NCBI GenBank assembly: GCA_965248385.1
Contig: CBDFIZ010000002.1
Coordinates: 949,904-1,013,903 of the forward strand
Direction: 5' to 3'
Source: Dehalococcoidia bacterium
Lineage (GTDB): Bacteria > Chloroflexota > Dehalococcoidia > Lucifugimonadales > JAAXIE01
DNA length: 64,000 nucleotides
Shown: one piece after another, positions 9,638 to 17,725 of the stretch
How the letters are laid out: every line of letters begins with the position of its first letter
How positions within the stretch are numbered: the stretch's first letter is position 1
Made by a program: the position numbers and the translations under genes
The notes under the pieces: generated by a model
The model's input: the letters and a program-made list of their open reading frames with translations, nothing else
The model's database searches: none
Told to the model about the DNA's origin: nothing

Positions 9638-10585
9638 CTAGGAACTGCTGCCTACAGGGCAATAGGGCGATACGGTGTCCAACTGGAACACCAAGGATGG
9701 TGTCCACAAGTTCTCAGGCTTGTTGTAGCGCAGCACTCCCAGGAAACGACCGTCGCTGGTATAAGCGCGGTACCGCTCCATGTATCCCGCGTAGGCAAGG
9801 GTTGGCCCCAAGTTAACGTCCCTGCCGTGGCGTATGAGCCTCTCCGCTGCTCGGGGGACTATGGTGCTCTTTGAGTCCAACAATGCGTAATCCACAGGCA
9901 GTAGGTGCTGCTCCCACCCCGATTCTTCCAGCTCCTCGAGGGCGATTCCCTCTTCTACCTTGAACTGGCCGGAGCGGGTGCGCACCAGTTCCGATAGGTA
10001 CCCGCCACAGCCGAGGCTCTGACCTAAGTCGTGGGCCAGCGACCGCATGTAAACACCTCGTCCGCACCCCACTTGTAGGCTGACGTTGGGAGGCGAGAAG
10101 TCCAGCAGTTCGATGCTGTGGACCTCCACGCGACGAGGCTCTCGTTCGACCTCCACCCCAGCGCGGGCCAGCTCGTACAGCCGCTTGCCGTGATGTTTCA
10201 GGGCGCTGTACATGGGGGGCGTCTGCATGATTACACCACAGAAAGGCTGCACGGCCTGCTCTACGTCGTCCCGAGTCACGCCTTGCCAATCTTGCGTCGC
10301 CAGCACCTCTCCCTCGGAGTCGTAGGTGGATGTGGTGGTGCCTAGGGTTACCTTCATGTAGTAGCCTTTGACGCCGTCAATCAGGTGCTCCATGAGCCGT
10401 GTAGCTTGGCCGAAGCAGATGGCGAGCACTCCTTCGGCCTGAGGGTCCAGGGTGCCGCCGTGGCCCACGCCCTTCTTCTGGTCCGTAAGCCGCTTCACCC
10501 GGCGTACTACGTCCATGGAGGTGCCGCCACGGGCCTTGTTGATGTTGATGAACCCGTTTATTCGTGTGGGGCGCGCGGCAGTCAT
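9638..10585 (-). CDS. truB: tRNA pseudouridine(55) synthase TruB
   Basis: GFININKARGGTSMDVV...GHGGTLDP catalytic Asp motif and a C-terminal PUA-like region. Start trimmed to the ATG at 10585; the longer ORF overlaps rbfA. Confidence 0.92.
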   Translation of the reverse strand: MTAARPTRINGFININKARGGTSMDVVRRVKRLTDQKKGVGHGGTLDPQAEGVLAICFGQATRLMEHLIDGVKGYYMKVTLGTTTSTYDSEGEVLATQDWQGVTRDDVEQAVQPFCGVIMQTPPMYSALKHHGKRLYELARAGVEVEREPRRVEVHSIELLDFSPPNVSLQVGCGRGVYMRSLAHDLGQSLGCGGYLSELVRTRSGQFKVEEGIALEELEESGWEQHLLPVDYALLDSKSTIVPRAAERLIRHGRDVNLGPTLAYAGYMERYRAYTSDGRFLGVLRYNKPENLWTPSLVFQLDTVSPYCPVGSSS

Positions 10586-10586
10586 G

Positions 10587-10967
10587 CTATCGTTCTCCAG
10601 CCGCGGGCTTGCTTTCGCCAGGTGGGTCTTCAGCCAGTCCGTCCAATAATTGGTAGATCTGCTCGGCTTGATCCAACGAGTGGTCCAGCACGAAGGAGAG
10701 GTCTGGTACCTGGCGCAGGGAGAGCCTCTTGCCCAGCTCGTGTCGCATGTACCCTGAGGCTGAGACGATGCCATTCATGGCAGTCTCCTGCACTCTCGGA
10801 GAGCCCATGACGCTGATCGAGACCCGGGCCTTCTTCAGGTCGTTGGTAGTCTCCACCAAGGTGACCGAGACGATCCCCGACAACCGCGGGTCCTTCAGGT
10901 CACGCGAGATGAGCTGGGCTAGCTCATGGCGTAACAGCTCGCTTACTTTCTCGCTACGTCTGGTCAT
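10587..10967 (-). CDS. rbfA: ribosome-binding factor A
   Basis: RSEKVSELLRHELAQLI...VSVTLVETTNDLKKARVSISV; lies between infB and truB. Confidence 0.9.
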   Translation of the reverse strand: MTRRSEKVSELLRHELAQLISRDLKDPRLSGIVSVTLVETTNDLKKARVSISVMGSPRVQETAMNGIVSASGYMRHELGKRLSLRQVPDLSFVLDHSLDQAEQIYQLLDGLAEDPPGESKPAAGER

Positions 10968-11048
10968 AGTGCAGGTGAAGCACAAAGCAGGTACGTGGGT
11001 GGACCCAATCCATGAGGCAAGGTCCGTCGCTGGTCCTGAATAGGACCT

Positions 11049-12884
11049 TTAAGCGTTCCGTGTGCGCTCGCGCCGGTAGACCTGAATTACGTCGCCTTCC
11101 TCAAACTCGCCATAGTTACCCAAGCCGATACCACACTCGGTGCCAGCGCCCATCTCGGTGACGTCCTCTCGGAAGTGGCGCAAGCTTGTGATGCCTCCTT
11201 CGTGGATGACCGCTCCATTGCGCAGCAATCGCACTCGGGCGCCACGAGTGATTCGACCCTCGGTGACCACGCAACCAGCAATCTTGCCAGCGCGACTCGC
11301 AGAGAAGATAACCCTGATTTCCGCCGCGCCGGTTATTACCTCGCGCTGCACTGGCTCAAGCATGCCCTTCAGCAGCAGCTCAATATCCTCGATCATATGG
11401 TAGATGATGTCGTAGCGCTTGACTTGGACGCCCTCGCGGGCGGCTACCTTCTCGGCGGTAGGTTCGGGATTGGTGGCAAACCCGACCACAATGGCATTGG
11501 ACGCGCTGGCAAGCAGCACATCGCTTTCGGTGATGGTACCGCTGGCGGCATGCAGGACACGGACCTTGACCCCGTCCTCGTCCAGCTTTTCCAAGGACCC
11601 TCTGGCGGCTTCGACGCTGCCTTGGACGTCGGCCTTGAGCACCAGGTTGAGTTCCTTGGCGTCGCTCAGTGCTACACCGGTGTGTACGTCTTCAGGCCCG
11701 ATGACCTTTGGCCGCGAACGTTGTGCGTCCGCGTTTCGCTGTCTTTCCTCGGCCAAGGATCGGGCTTGCCGCTCGCTTGCGACCACGGTGAATAGGTCCC
11801 CAGCGTCAGGCAGAGAACCGAAGCCCATGACTTCAGCGGGCTGGGCTGGCTCAACCGACTTCAGGCGCTGGCCCTTGTCGTCAGCCAAAGCCCGGACACG
11901 GCCGCGGGCAGTGCCCGCTACGATGTGGTCGCTCACATTGAGGGTTCCACTCTGCACCAAGACTGTAGCCAACGGACCACGGTTGCGGTCGAGCTTGGCC
12001 TCGATGATTACGCCGCGGGCGGGCCGGTGTGGTTCGGCCTTCAAGTCGGCCACCTCGGCTACAAGCAGCAGATTTTCAACCAAGTCCTCTATGCCTTCGC
12101 CAGTAGTGGCTGAAACAGGGACGGCGATGACATCACCTCCCCATTCCTCTACCAGCATGTTTTGCTCCGCCATCTGACGCTTGACACGTTCCGGGTCGGC
12201 GTCGGGCCGGTCGACCTTATTGATGGCGACCACGATGGGGACCTGGGCTGCCTTGGCGTGGTTTAAGGCCTCCAGCGTCTGGGGCATCACGCCATCGTCA
12301 GCTGCCACCACCAGTACGGCGATGTCAGTGGCGCGGGCGCCACGGGCACGTATAGCCGTAAAGGCCTCGTGGCCCGGTGTGTCCAGGAAGGTGATTTTCT
12401 GATCGCCGCGAGTAATTTGATAGGCGCCAATGCGCTGGGTGATATGGCCTACCTCGGCGTCCACTACTTTGGTGGCTCGTATGGCGTCCAGCAAGCTGGT
12501 CTTGCCATGGTCCACATGGCCCAGCATGGTGACTACTGGTGGTCGGTGCTCCAGTTGACTGGGATCCTCTGCCGCTTCGTCCACAGCGGTGCGCCCCGCT
12601 TCTTCGGGGGCCGCTTCAGGGCGCGCACGGATGCCGAAAGCGGAAGTGACTAGCAGGGCGACATCGAAGTCGATGACGTTGTTCATGGATGCCATGATGC
12701 CATTTCGCATCAGCTGCTTAATGACATCAATGGGGCTGATGCCCGACTTCTCGGCTAGGTCTTTTACCGATAGGGTTGGTGGCAGCAAAAGGTAGCGTTG
12801 CCGGCGGGCCTCCCCACGGCGTCCGCCCGCGGTGCGCGGCCCTCTTCTGCCCTCTTCAATTGTTCCAGTCGCGTCCTGCGTCAT
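11049..12884 (-). CDS. infB: translation initiation factor IF-2
   Basis: GTPase motifs [13 protein letters not shown] and NKVD; conserved C-terminal domains; nusA-ylxR-infB context. Confidence 0.97.
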   Translation of the reverse strand: MTQDATGTIEEGRRGPRTAGGRRGEARRQRYLLLPPTLSVKDLAEKSGISPIDVIKQLMRNGIMASMNNVIDFDVALLVTSAFGIRARPEAAPEEAGRTAVDEAAEDPSQLEHRPPVVTMLGHVDHGKTSLLDAIRATKVVDAEVGHITQRIGAYQITRGDQKITFLDTPGHEAFTAIRARGARATDIAVLVVAADDGVMPQTLEALNHAKAAQVPIVVAINKVDRPDADPERVKRQMAEQNMLVEEWGGDVIAVPVSATTGEGIEDLVENLLLVAEVADLKAEPHRPARGVIIEAKLDRNRGPLATVLVQSGTLNVSDHIVAGTARGRVRALADDKGQRLKSVEPAQPAEVMGFGSLPDAGDLFTVVASERQARSLAEERQRNADAQRSRPKVIGPEDVHTGVALSDAKELNLVLKADVQGSVEAARGSLEKLDEDGVKVRVLHAASGTITESDVLLASASNAIVVGFATNPEPTAEKVAAREGVQVKRYDIIYHMIEDIELLLKGMLEPVQREVITGAAEIRVIFSASRAGKIAGCVVTEGRITRGARVRLLRNGAVIHEGGITSLRHFREDVTEMGAGTECGIGLGNYGEFEEGDVIQVYRRERTRNA

Positions 12885-13195
12885 TCAACTGCTCCCACCG
12901 AGGACCGTTCTGGTTCCTCACGCCCTAACCTATCTTGAGCATAAGCCAACAGCCTGTCACGGGTCTCCGGCGACACTATGCACTTCAACACACGGTCCAG
13001 CCGGGTCTTCTTGAGCCCTTCTTCCCAGCATTGGCGGTCAAGGCAAAGGTAGGCGCCCCGTCCTGGCAACTTGCCGACAGCGTCGACTTCGATCGAGCCG
13101 TCGACTGTTCGGACTAGTCGCACCAACTCGCGCTTGCCAGCGCGGCGCCCACAAGAGATGCAACTACGCTGCGGTACATGACGAGGCCTAGCCAT
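12881..13195 (-). CDS. ylxR: YlxR family (DUF448) RNA-binding protein
   Basis: RSCISCGRRAGKRELVRLV...GRGAYLC motif between nusA and infB. Confidence 0.88.
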   Translation of the reverse strand: MARPRHVPQRSCISCGRRAGKRELVRLVRTVDGSIEVDAVGKLPGRGAYLCLDRQCWEEGLKKTRLDRVLKCIVSPETRDRLLAYAQDRLGREEPERSSVGAVE

Positions 13196-13212
13196 TTCGA
13201 GCCTTTCCGGCT

Positions 13213-14853
13213 CTAGGCGGGACCTTGGCGGCCTGGGGCCGCTCCACGGCCCGGGGCCGGGGCCGCTCCAGCCCCTCTCACCCTTGTTGGGGTGTAACCG
13301 CCACGCCTACGCCGACCGCCCCTTCTGCCTCGCCCACGGAACTCTTCGGCAAAGTCCTCGGCGAACCGTATCTTGCCTGCGTCAGGGTTGACGATTGGGG
13401 AGTTCCAGATGGTGTCGTCGGTGACGCCCTCCGGCTGCCCCTCGCCGTCCTCTTCATCAGCCTCGTCGTCCTCGTCCTCTTCTTCGTCCTCGAAGAGGTC
13501 TTCCAGCAGTGCGTCGTCGGCTGGGGCGACCAAGGTCGGGATCTCTTCGGGCTCGACGACAGCCGTGGCTTCGACTTCTACTGCCGCTGTCGCAACTTCT
13601 TCCTCGATCATCCGCAGCAGTTGCGCTTCTTCCTCTTCGGTCTTTTCGACCTTGACTTCCAAGACCTCGGCCACTGCCTCTACAAGCTCTTCCACCTCTT
13701 CATCGGTCGTGGTAGGGATTTCAAGGGTAGCGACGGCGGCCGCTGCTCGCCCCGCTGCCTCCAGTGCCAGCCTGCGGGCTTCTTCCTCGCCCTTGCGCTG
13801 TGCCCGGATTTCGTCCCACTCGGCGACGCTCTTGATGTCCAGGTGCCAGCCGGAAAGCTTGGCGGCTAGGCGGGCGTTCTGCCCCTCCTTGCCTATGGCG
13901 AGCGACAGGTGCCTTTCAGGGACCACCACCACGGCCGTACGGTTGTCGGCGTTGGCCTCGACCTGCACCACTTCCGATGGGCTGAGGGCGTTGGAGATGA
14001 AGGTCTTGAGGTCCTTGTCCCAGCGAACGATGTCAATCTTCTCGCCCTGAAGCTCGTTAACGATACTCTGGATGCGGTTGCCGCGCATGCCGATGCAGGA
14101 GCCCACGGGATCCACGCCCTCTTGGCGCGAAGCCACGGCCACCTTGCTGCGGAAGCCCGGCTCGCGGGCGATTTCCTTGATTTCCACCACTCCGTTGTAG
14201 ACCTCAGGCACTTCCACTTCGAACAGCCTCTTCAGCAGGTTCTTGTGGGAGCGCGAAACGACGATTTCGGGGCCCCGCGGCGTCCGGCGCACATCGAGGA
14301 TGTAGACCTTCAGCCGCTGGCCTTTACGGTACCGCTCGGTGGGCACCTGCTCTTCCAAGGGCAGAATGGCTTCCACCCGCCCCAGCTCCATGACCCAGAT
14401 GCGCCCTGGCTCCATCTGGTCCAGTACGCCGGATACTATGTCTTCTGTGCGTCCCAGGAATTCCTGGAAGGTTTTCTCCCGCTCCGCCTCGCGCAGGCGT
14501 TGCAGTACAACCTGTTTGGCGGTCTGGGCGGCGATACGGCTGGCTTGGTGAGGCAACTGTTCCGGGGTGGAGATTTCCTCGCCTAAGCTGATGGATGCGT
14601 TGAAAGCCTTGGCCTGCTGGAGGCTGATTTCCCGAGTCGGGTCCTCCACCTCTTCGACCACTGTCCTCAAGGCGAACACACTCATTTCCCCAGTGTTGGG
14701 GTTGAGTTTCACCGATATGTCCTGCCCCATAGAGGTACTGTCTTTTTTGAAGGCGGAAACCAAGGCCGCCTCCACTGCGTGGAGCACCTCCTCCCGGGGT
14801 AGGTGGCGCTCTGCCACCAGCTGTGTTAGGGCTATGAGGAAATCGCTCTTCAT
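13213..14853 (-). CDS. nusA: transcription termination/antitermination factor NusA with acidic plus Arg/Gly-rich C-terminal extension
   Basis: N-terminal, S1 and KH domains ([22 protein letters not shown]; [22 protein letters not shown]); about 170-aa low-complexity tail. Confidence 0.95.
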   Translation of the reverse strand: MKSDFLIALTQLVAERHLPREEVLHAVEAALVSAFKKDSTSMGQDISVKLNPNTGEMSVFALRTVVEEVEDPTREISLQQAKAFNASISLGEEISTPEQLPHQASRIAAQTAKQVVLQRLREAEREKTFQEFLGRTEDIVSGVLDQMEPGRIWVMELGRVEAILPLEEQVPTERYRKGQRLKVYILDVRRTPRGPEIVVSRSHKNLLKRLFEVEVPEVYNGVVEIKEIAREPGFRSKVAVASRQEGVDPVGSCIGMRGNRIQSIVNELQGEKIDIVRWDKDLKTFISNALSPSEVVQVEANADNRTAVVVVPERHLSLAIGKEGQNARLAAKLSGWHLDIKSVAEWDEIRAQRKGEEEARRLALEAAGRAAAAVATLEIPTTTDEEVEELVEAVAEVLEVKVEKTEEEEAQLLRMIEEEVATAAVEVEATAVVEPEEIPTLVAPADDALLEDLFEDEEEDEDDEADEEDGEGQPEGVTDDTIWNSPIVNPDAGKIRFAEDFAEEFRGRGRRGGRRRRGGYTPTRVRGAGAAPAPGRGAAPGRQGPA

Positions 14854-14913
14854 CGTCTTAGCCCCCTTTGTCGCCTAGCCCTCGCCACCCCTCTCAAAGG
14901 CCCATCTAATAAG

Positions 14914-14937
14914 AAAGCGGGTTTTTTGACCCGCTTT
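14914..14937 (-). terminator. hairpin terminator downstream of cysK/M
   Basis: AAAGCGGG/CCCGCTTT stem; on the minus strand it is followed by UUUCUUAUU; lies between the cysK/M stop and the nusA start. Confidence 0.5.
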
Positions 14938-15028
14938 CAAAGAGAGGTTGGGACCGTTGCCCGCAGTATACCACCGCGAAAATATGGGTTGCAACAGACC
15001 GCTGCTAGCTAAGTGGCCAGCATCGCCT

Positions 15029-15997
15029 CTACCACCATATTTTGCCCTCGGCCTCTATCTCGTCGTAGTCCTTGGTCCACAGACCAGTGCTCAGGTACTT
15101 CCAGCCTCCATCGGCCAACAGGCACACGATGTTGCCCGCCTCCATGCGTTCAGCCTGCCTCATGGCGGCGTACACCACCGATCCGGAAGAGATGCCAGCA
15201 AATATCCCCTCCCGCTTCAGCAATTCCTTGGTGGTGCGGAAGGCATCGATGCTGCGCACCATGATGCGCGCGTCCAGCAACGACAGGTCGAGGATGGGCG
15301 GGATGAACCCTTCCTCCAAGCTGCGCAACCCCTGAATGCGGTCATCCAGCTCCGGCGCAACGGCAACGACCTTTATGTCGGGGTTGTACTCCTTGAGACG
15401 TCGTCCCGTCCCCATCAGGGTGCCGCCGGTGCCGAGCCCTGCCACGAACATGTCCACATCCGGGCAGGCTTCTATGATCTCCGGCCCCGTGCCCTCGTAG
15501 TGGGCCCGAGGATTGCCCTCGTTGCCGTATTGATAGGGCATGTAGTATTCGTTGCTGGCCGCCACCATCTCTTGGGCGACCTCAATGGAGCCGTTGGTGC
15601 CCTTGGTCCCGTCGGAGTAAACGACCTCGGCCCCATAGGCCTCCAGCAACTGGGTGCGCTCAGGGCTGACGTTCTCCGGCATCACCGCCTTCAGCCTGTA
15701 CCCTTTGAGCCCGCACACCAACGCCAGTGAGATACCGGTATTGCCACTGGTGGGCTCCAGCAAGTAACTACCAGGGCTTATGCTGCCCGACGCCTCGGCC
15801 TGCTCGATCATGGACTTGGCAATCCGGTCTTTGACGCTGCCAGTGGGGTTCTGCCCCTCCAGCTTGGCGTATATGTGCACGTCCTTGTTGGGGTTGAGAC
15901 GCTGCAACTCCACCAGTGGCGTATCGCCTATGGCATCCAGAATGCCCTTCTTTATGCCAGAACTCACCCGACCCGAGCCGTTGCCGGAACGTTCCAC
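15029..15997 (-). CDS. cysK: cysteine synthase (CysK/CysM family, PLP-dependent)
   Basis: NPTGSVKDR PLP-lysine motif and GTGGT loop; 322 aa. Confidence 0.92.
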   Translation of the reverse strand: MERSGNGSGRVSSGIKKGILDAIGDTPLVELQRLNPNKDVHIYAKLEGQNPTGSVKDRIAKSMIEQAEASGSISPGSYLLEPTSGNTGISLALVCGLKGYRLKAVMPENVSPERTQLLEAYGAEVVYSDGTKGTNGSIEVAQEMVAASNEYYMPYQYGNEGNPRAHYEGTGPEIIEACPDVDMFVAGLGTGGTLMGTGRRLKEYNPDIKVVAVAPELDDRIQGLRSLEEGFIPPILDLSLLDARIMVRSIDAFRTTKELLKREGIFAGISSGSVVYAAMRQAERMEAGNIVCLLADGGWKYLSTGLWTKDYDEIEAEGKIWW

Positions 15998-16030
15998 GTT
16001 GTGTCCTTTATACAGTTTTGCAGGTCGGTT

Positions 16031-16870
16031 CTAGCTGCCGGGATGCTGATCAGGCGCCAAGCCACAGAACACCTCATAGTCGATCAGTTCAGTCACCGTC
16101 GGGTTGTCGCCGCACAGAGGGCAGTTGGGGTTCCGCCTCAGCTTCACCTCGCGGAACTTCATCGTCAGGGCATCTATCAGCAGCAGGCGGGATGTCAATG
16201 ACTCTCCGATGCCAAGGATATACTTCAGCGCTTCGGTGGCCTGAATACTGCCGACCAGCCCAGTGAGGGCGCCCAGCACACCGGCCTCCGCACAATTGGG
16301 CACCATGCCCGGGGGAGGCGGCGATGGGAAAAGGCAGCGGTAGCAGCCGTGGCCCGGTATGAACACCGTGGCTTGGCCGTCGAAGATCAGGATGCTGCCA
16401 TCCATCAGAGGCTTTCCCAAGAGATAGCACGCGTCGTTGACCAGATAACGGGAGGCGAAGTTGTCGGCCCCGTTTATCACCAAGTCGTACTGACCGATGA
16501 TTTCCATCGCGTTGTGCGACTCGAGGCGCGTCTCGTGCAGCACCACGTTCACATCGGGGTTGTAGCTGCGGATGGTCTCCAAGGCCGACTGGGCCTTGGG
16601 CTTGCCCACGTCGTCGTTCTGGTGAAGTATCTGGCGTTGCAGGTTGGAGATGTCCACATCATCGAAGTCCACGATGCCGATAGTGCCGACCCCGGCAAGT
16701 CCCAGATATATGGCCGAGGGCGAGCCCAGTCCCCCAGCACCCACGATGAGGGCCTTTGCCTGTAGCAACTTCCGCTGTCCGGCGCTGCCGACTTGCCCCA
16801 TGATGATGTGCCTGCTGTACCGCTTCACCTGGTCCGGTGTCAGGCTCAGCGCTTGTGTAGTGGTGGTCAT
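16031..16870 (-). CDS. moeB: ThiF/MoeB family adenylyltransferase (sulfur-carrier protein activating E1-like)
   Basis: RYSRHI...VGAGGLGSP...DFDDVDISNLQRQ, two CxxC pairs, no rhodanese domain. Start set at the ATG at 16870, preceded by a GGAGGA RBS. Confidence 0.9.
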   Translation of the reverse strand: MTTTTQALSLTPDQVKRYSRHIIMGQVGSAGQRKLLQAKALIVGAGGLGSPSAIYLGLAGVGTIGIVDFDDVDISNLQRQILHQNDDVGKPKAQSALETIRSYNPDVNVVLHETRLESHNAMEIIGQYDLVINGADNFASRYLVNDACYLLGKPLMDGSILIFDGQATVFIPGHGCYRCLFPSPPPPGMVPNCAEAGVLGALTGLVGSIQATEALKYILGIGESLTSRLLLIDALTMKFREVKLRRNPNCPLCGDNPTVTELIDYEVFCGLAPDQHPGS

Positions 16871-16934
16871 CGAACTCCTCCTAGCCTTGCTCCTTGTCAA
16901 TTCAGGGCCGCCTGTTTTCCGCCAGCCATTTCTG

Positions 16935-16987
16935 GGCAAAACAAAAACCTGCGCCTCTCGCGACCCCATTGTCAGCGGGCGCAGGTT
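16935..16987 (-). terminator. intrinsic terminator/attenuator between the Rrf2 gene and moeB
   Basis: Minus strand: AACCTGCGCC-22 nt loop-GGCGCAGGTT (16946-16987), followed by TTTTTGTTTTG. Confidence 0.6.
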
Positions 16988-17012
16988 CCAGAATTCTCCC
17001 GGATACCTAGCC

Positions 17013-17057
17013 CTATTTGTTGGGACAGGTGCAGGAGCCGTCTGCTTTGTAACTCAT
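17013..17057 (-). CDS. candidate leaderless 14-aa leader peptide MSYKADGSCTCPNK
   Basis: The ATG lies about 4 nt from the predicted TSS of the TTGACA-N17-TAAGGT promoter (17068-17096); two Cys codons; directly followed by the terminator upstream of the cysteine genes. Confidence 0.3.
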   Translation of the reverse strand: MSYKADGSCTCPNK

Positions 17058-17067
17058 ACGATAGAGA

Positions 17068-17096
17068 ACCTTAGAATCAAACTTTGGGCATGTCAA
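17068..17096 (-). promoter_or_regulatory. sigma70-like promoter for the leader/moeB-cysK unit
   Basis: Minus strand TTGACA (17091-17096), 17-nt spacer, TAAGGT (17068-17073). Confidence 0.4.
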
Positions 17097-17105
17097 TACG
17101 GCGGG

Positions 17106-17558
17106 TCAGTACGGCGAAGCCTTCTGCGCCTGCTTGGTGGCTTGAACCCCAGTGTATTGCCTGTTGGCCAAGTCGCCCACTGTGGTGGTGCTGAGCACAG
17201 CATGCACCGCCTCCTCCACCGCCCGCCAGACCTCCATCTGAGCGCAGTTGCTGGAAAGCTGACACTCGCTGGGCTCTGTGAAGCAGTCCAGCGGCGGGTT
17301 GGTGCCCTCCAGCGTGGCCATCACAGAGTCGAGGCCAATCTGCATTGGGTCTCGCGCCAACACATGGCCTCCCTGAGGCCCGCGGCGGCTACGTATAAAG
17401 CCCGATTTATGCAGCGTGGTCAACAGTTGGTCGAGGTAGGCTTCTGGTATCCCCTGCTTGGAGGCGATCTCAGCAGTCTGGACCGGCCCGTCCCCGTGGC
17501 GGCTGGCCAACTCTACCAAGGCCCGCACACCGTAGTCGACCTTCATCGGAATTCTCAT
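17106..17558 (-). CDS. Rrf2 family transcriptional regulator (CymR/IscR-like)
   Basis: KVDYGVRALVELA...TAEIASKQGIPEAYLDQLLTTLHKSGFIRSRRGPQGG winged-helix signature. Confidence 0.9.
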   Translation of the reverse strand: MRIPMKVDYGVRALVELASRHGDGPVQTAEIASKQGIPEAYLDQLLTTLHKSGFIRSRRGPQGGHVLARDPMQIGLDSVMATLEGTNPPLDCFTEPSECQLSSNCAQMEVWRAVEEAVHAVLSTTTVGDLANRQYTGVQATKQAQKASPY

Positions 17559-17588
17559 GTGAGTGTCGATTCCGTTGAAATTTTTAAG

Positions 17589-17618
17589 ATTATATCACCT
17601 CTACCGCCGCCCTATCAA
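17589..17618 (-). promoter_or_regulatory. sigma70-like promoter of the Rrf2 gene
   Basis: Minus strand TTGATA (17613-17618), 18-nt spacer, TATAAT (17589-17594). Confidence 0.5.
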
Positions 17619-17675
17619 GATTGTCTACTGAGCAAGTCGACTATTACCTTGGGCCACTCCACCACAGGCGTCAGG

Positions 17676-17704
17676 TTGACGGCGGCAAGGGCTTGGTCTA
17701 AAGT
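17676..17704 (+). promoter_or_regulatory. sigma70-like promoter of hyuA
   Basis: TTGACG-N17-TAAAGT; AGGAG RBS at 17714-17718. Confidence 0.4.
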
Positions 17705-17725
17705 CCTCAAGCTAGGAGCCAACAT

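Noticed and set aside
9638-10774. Full-length 378-aa truB ORF (and long N-terminal extensions of moeB, nusG, hisA, DUF1501, hemD and PduO)
   Set aside because: The extensions overlap the upstream gene or lack family similarity. Internal starts with RBSs reproduce canonical N-termini
13373-14050. Ser-rich 225-aa plus-strand ORF, and other long antisense ORFs (for example 3742-4437, 4079-4735, 11419-12177, 21069-21932, 38518-39195, 43917-44867)
   Set aside because: They lie opposite strongly supported genes (nusA, thrC, infB, hyuB, ubiD, rplK/rplA). Their composition is low-complexity and they have no motifs; they are high-GC antisense artefacts
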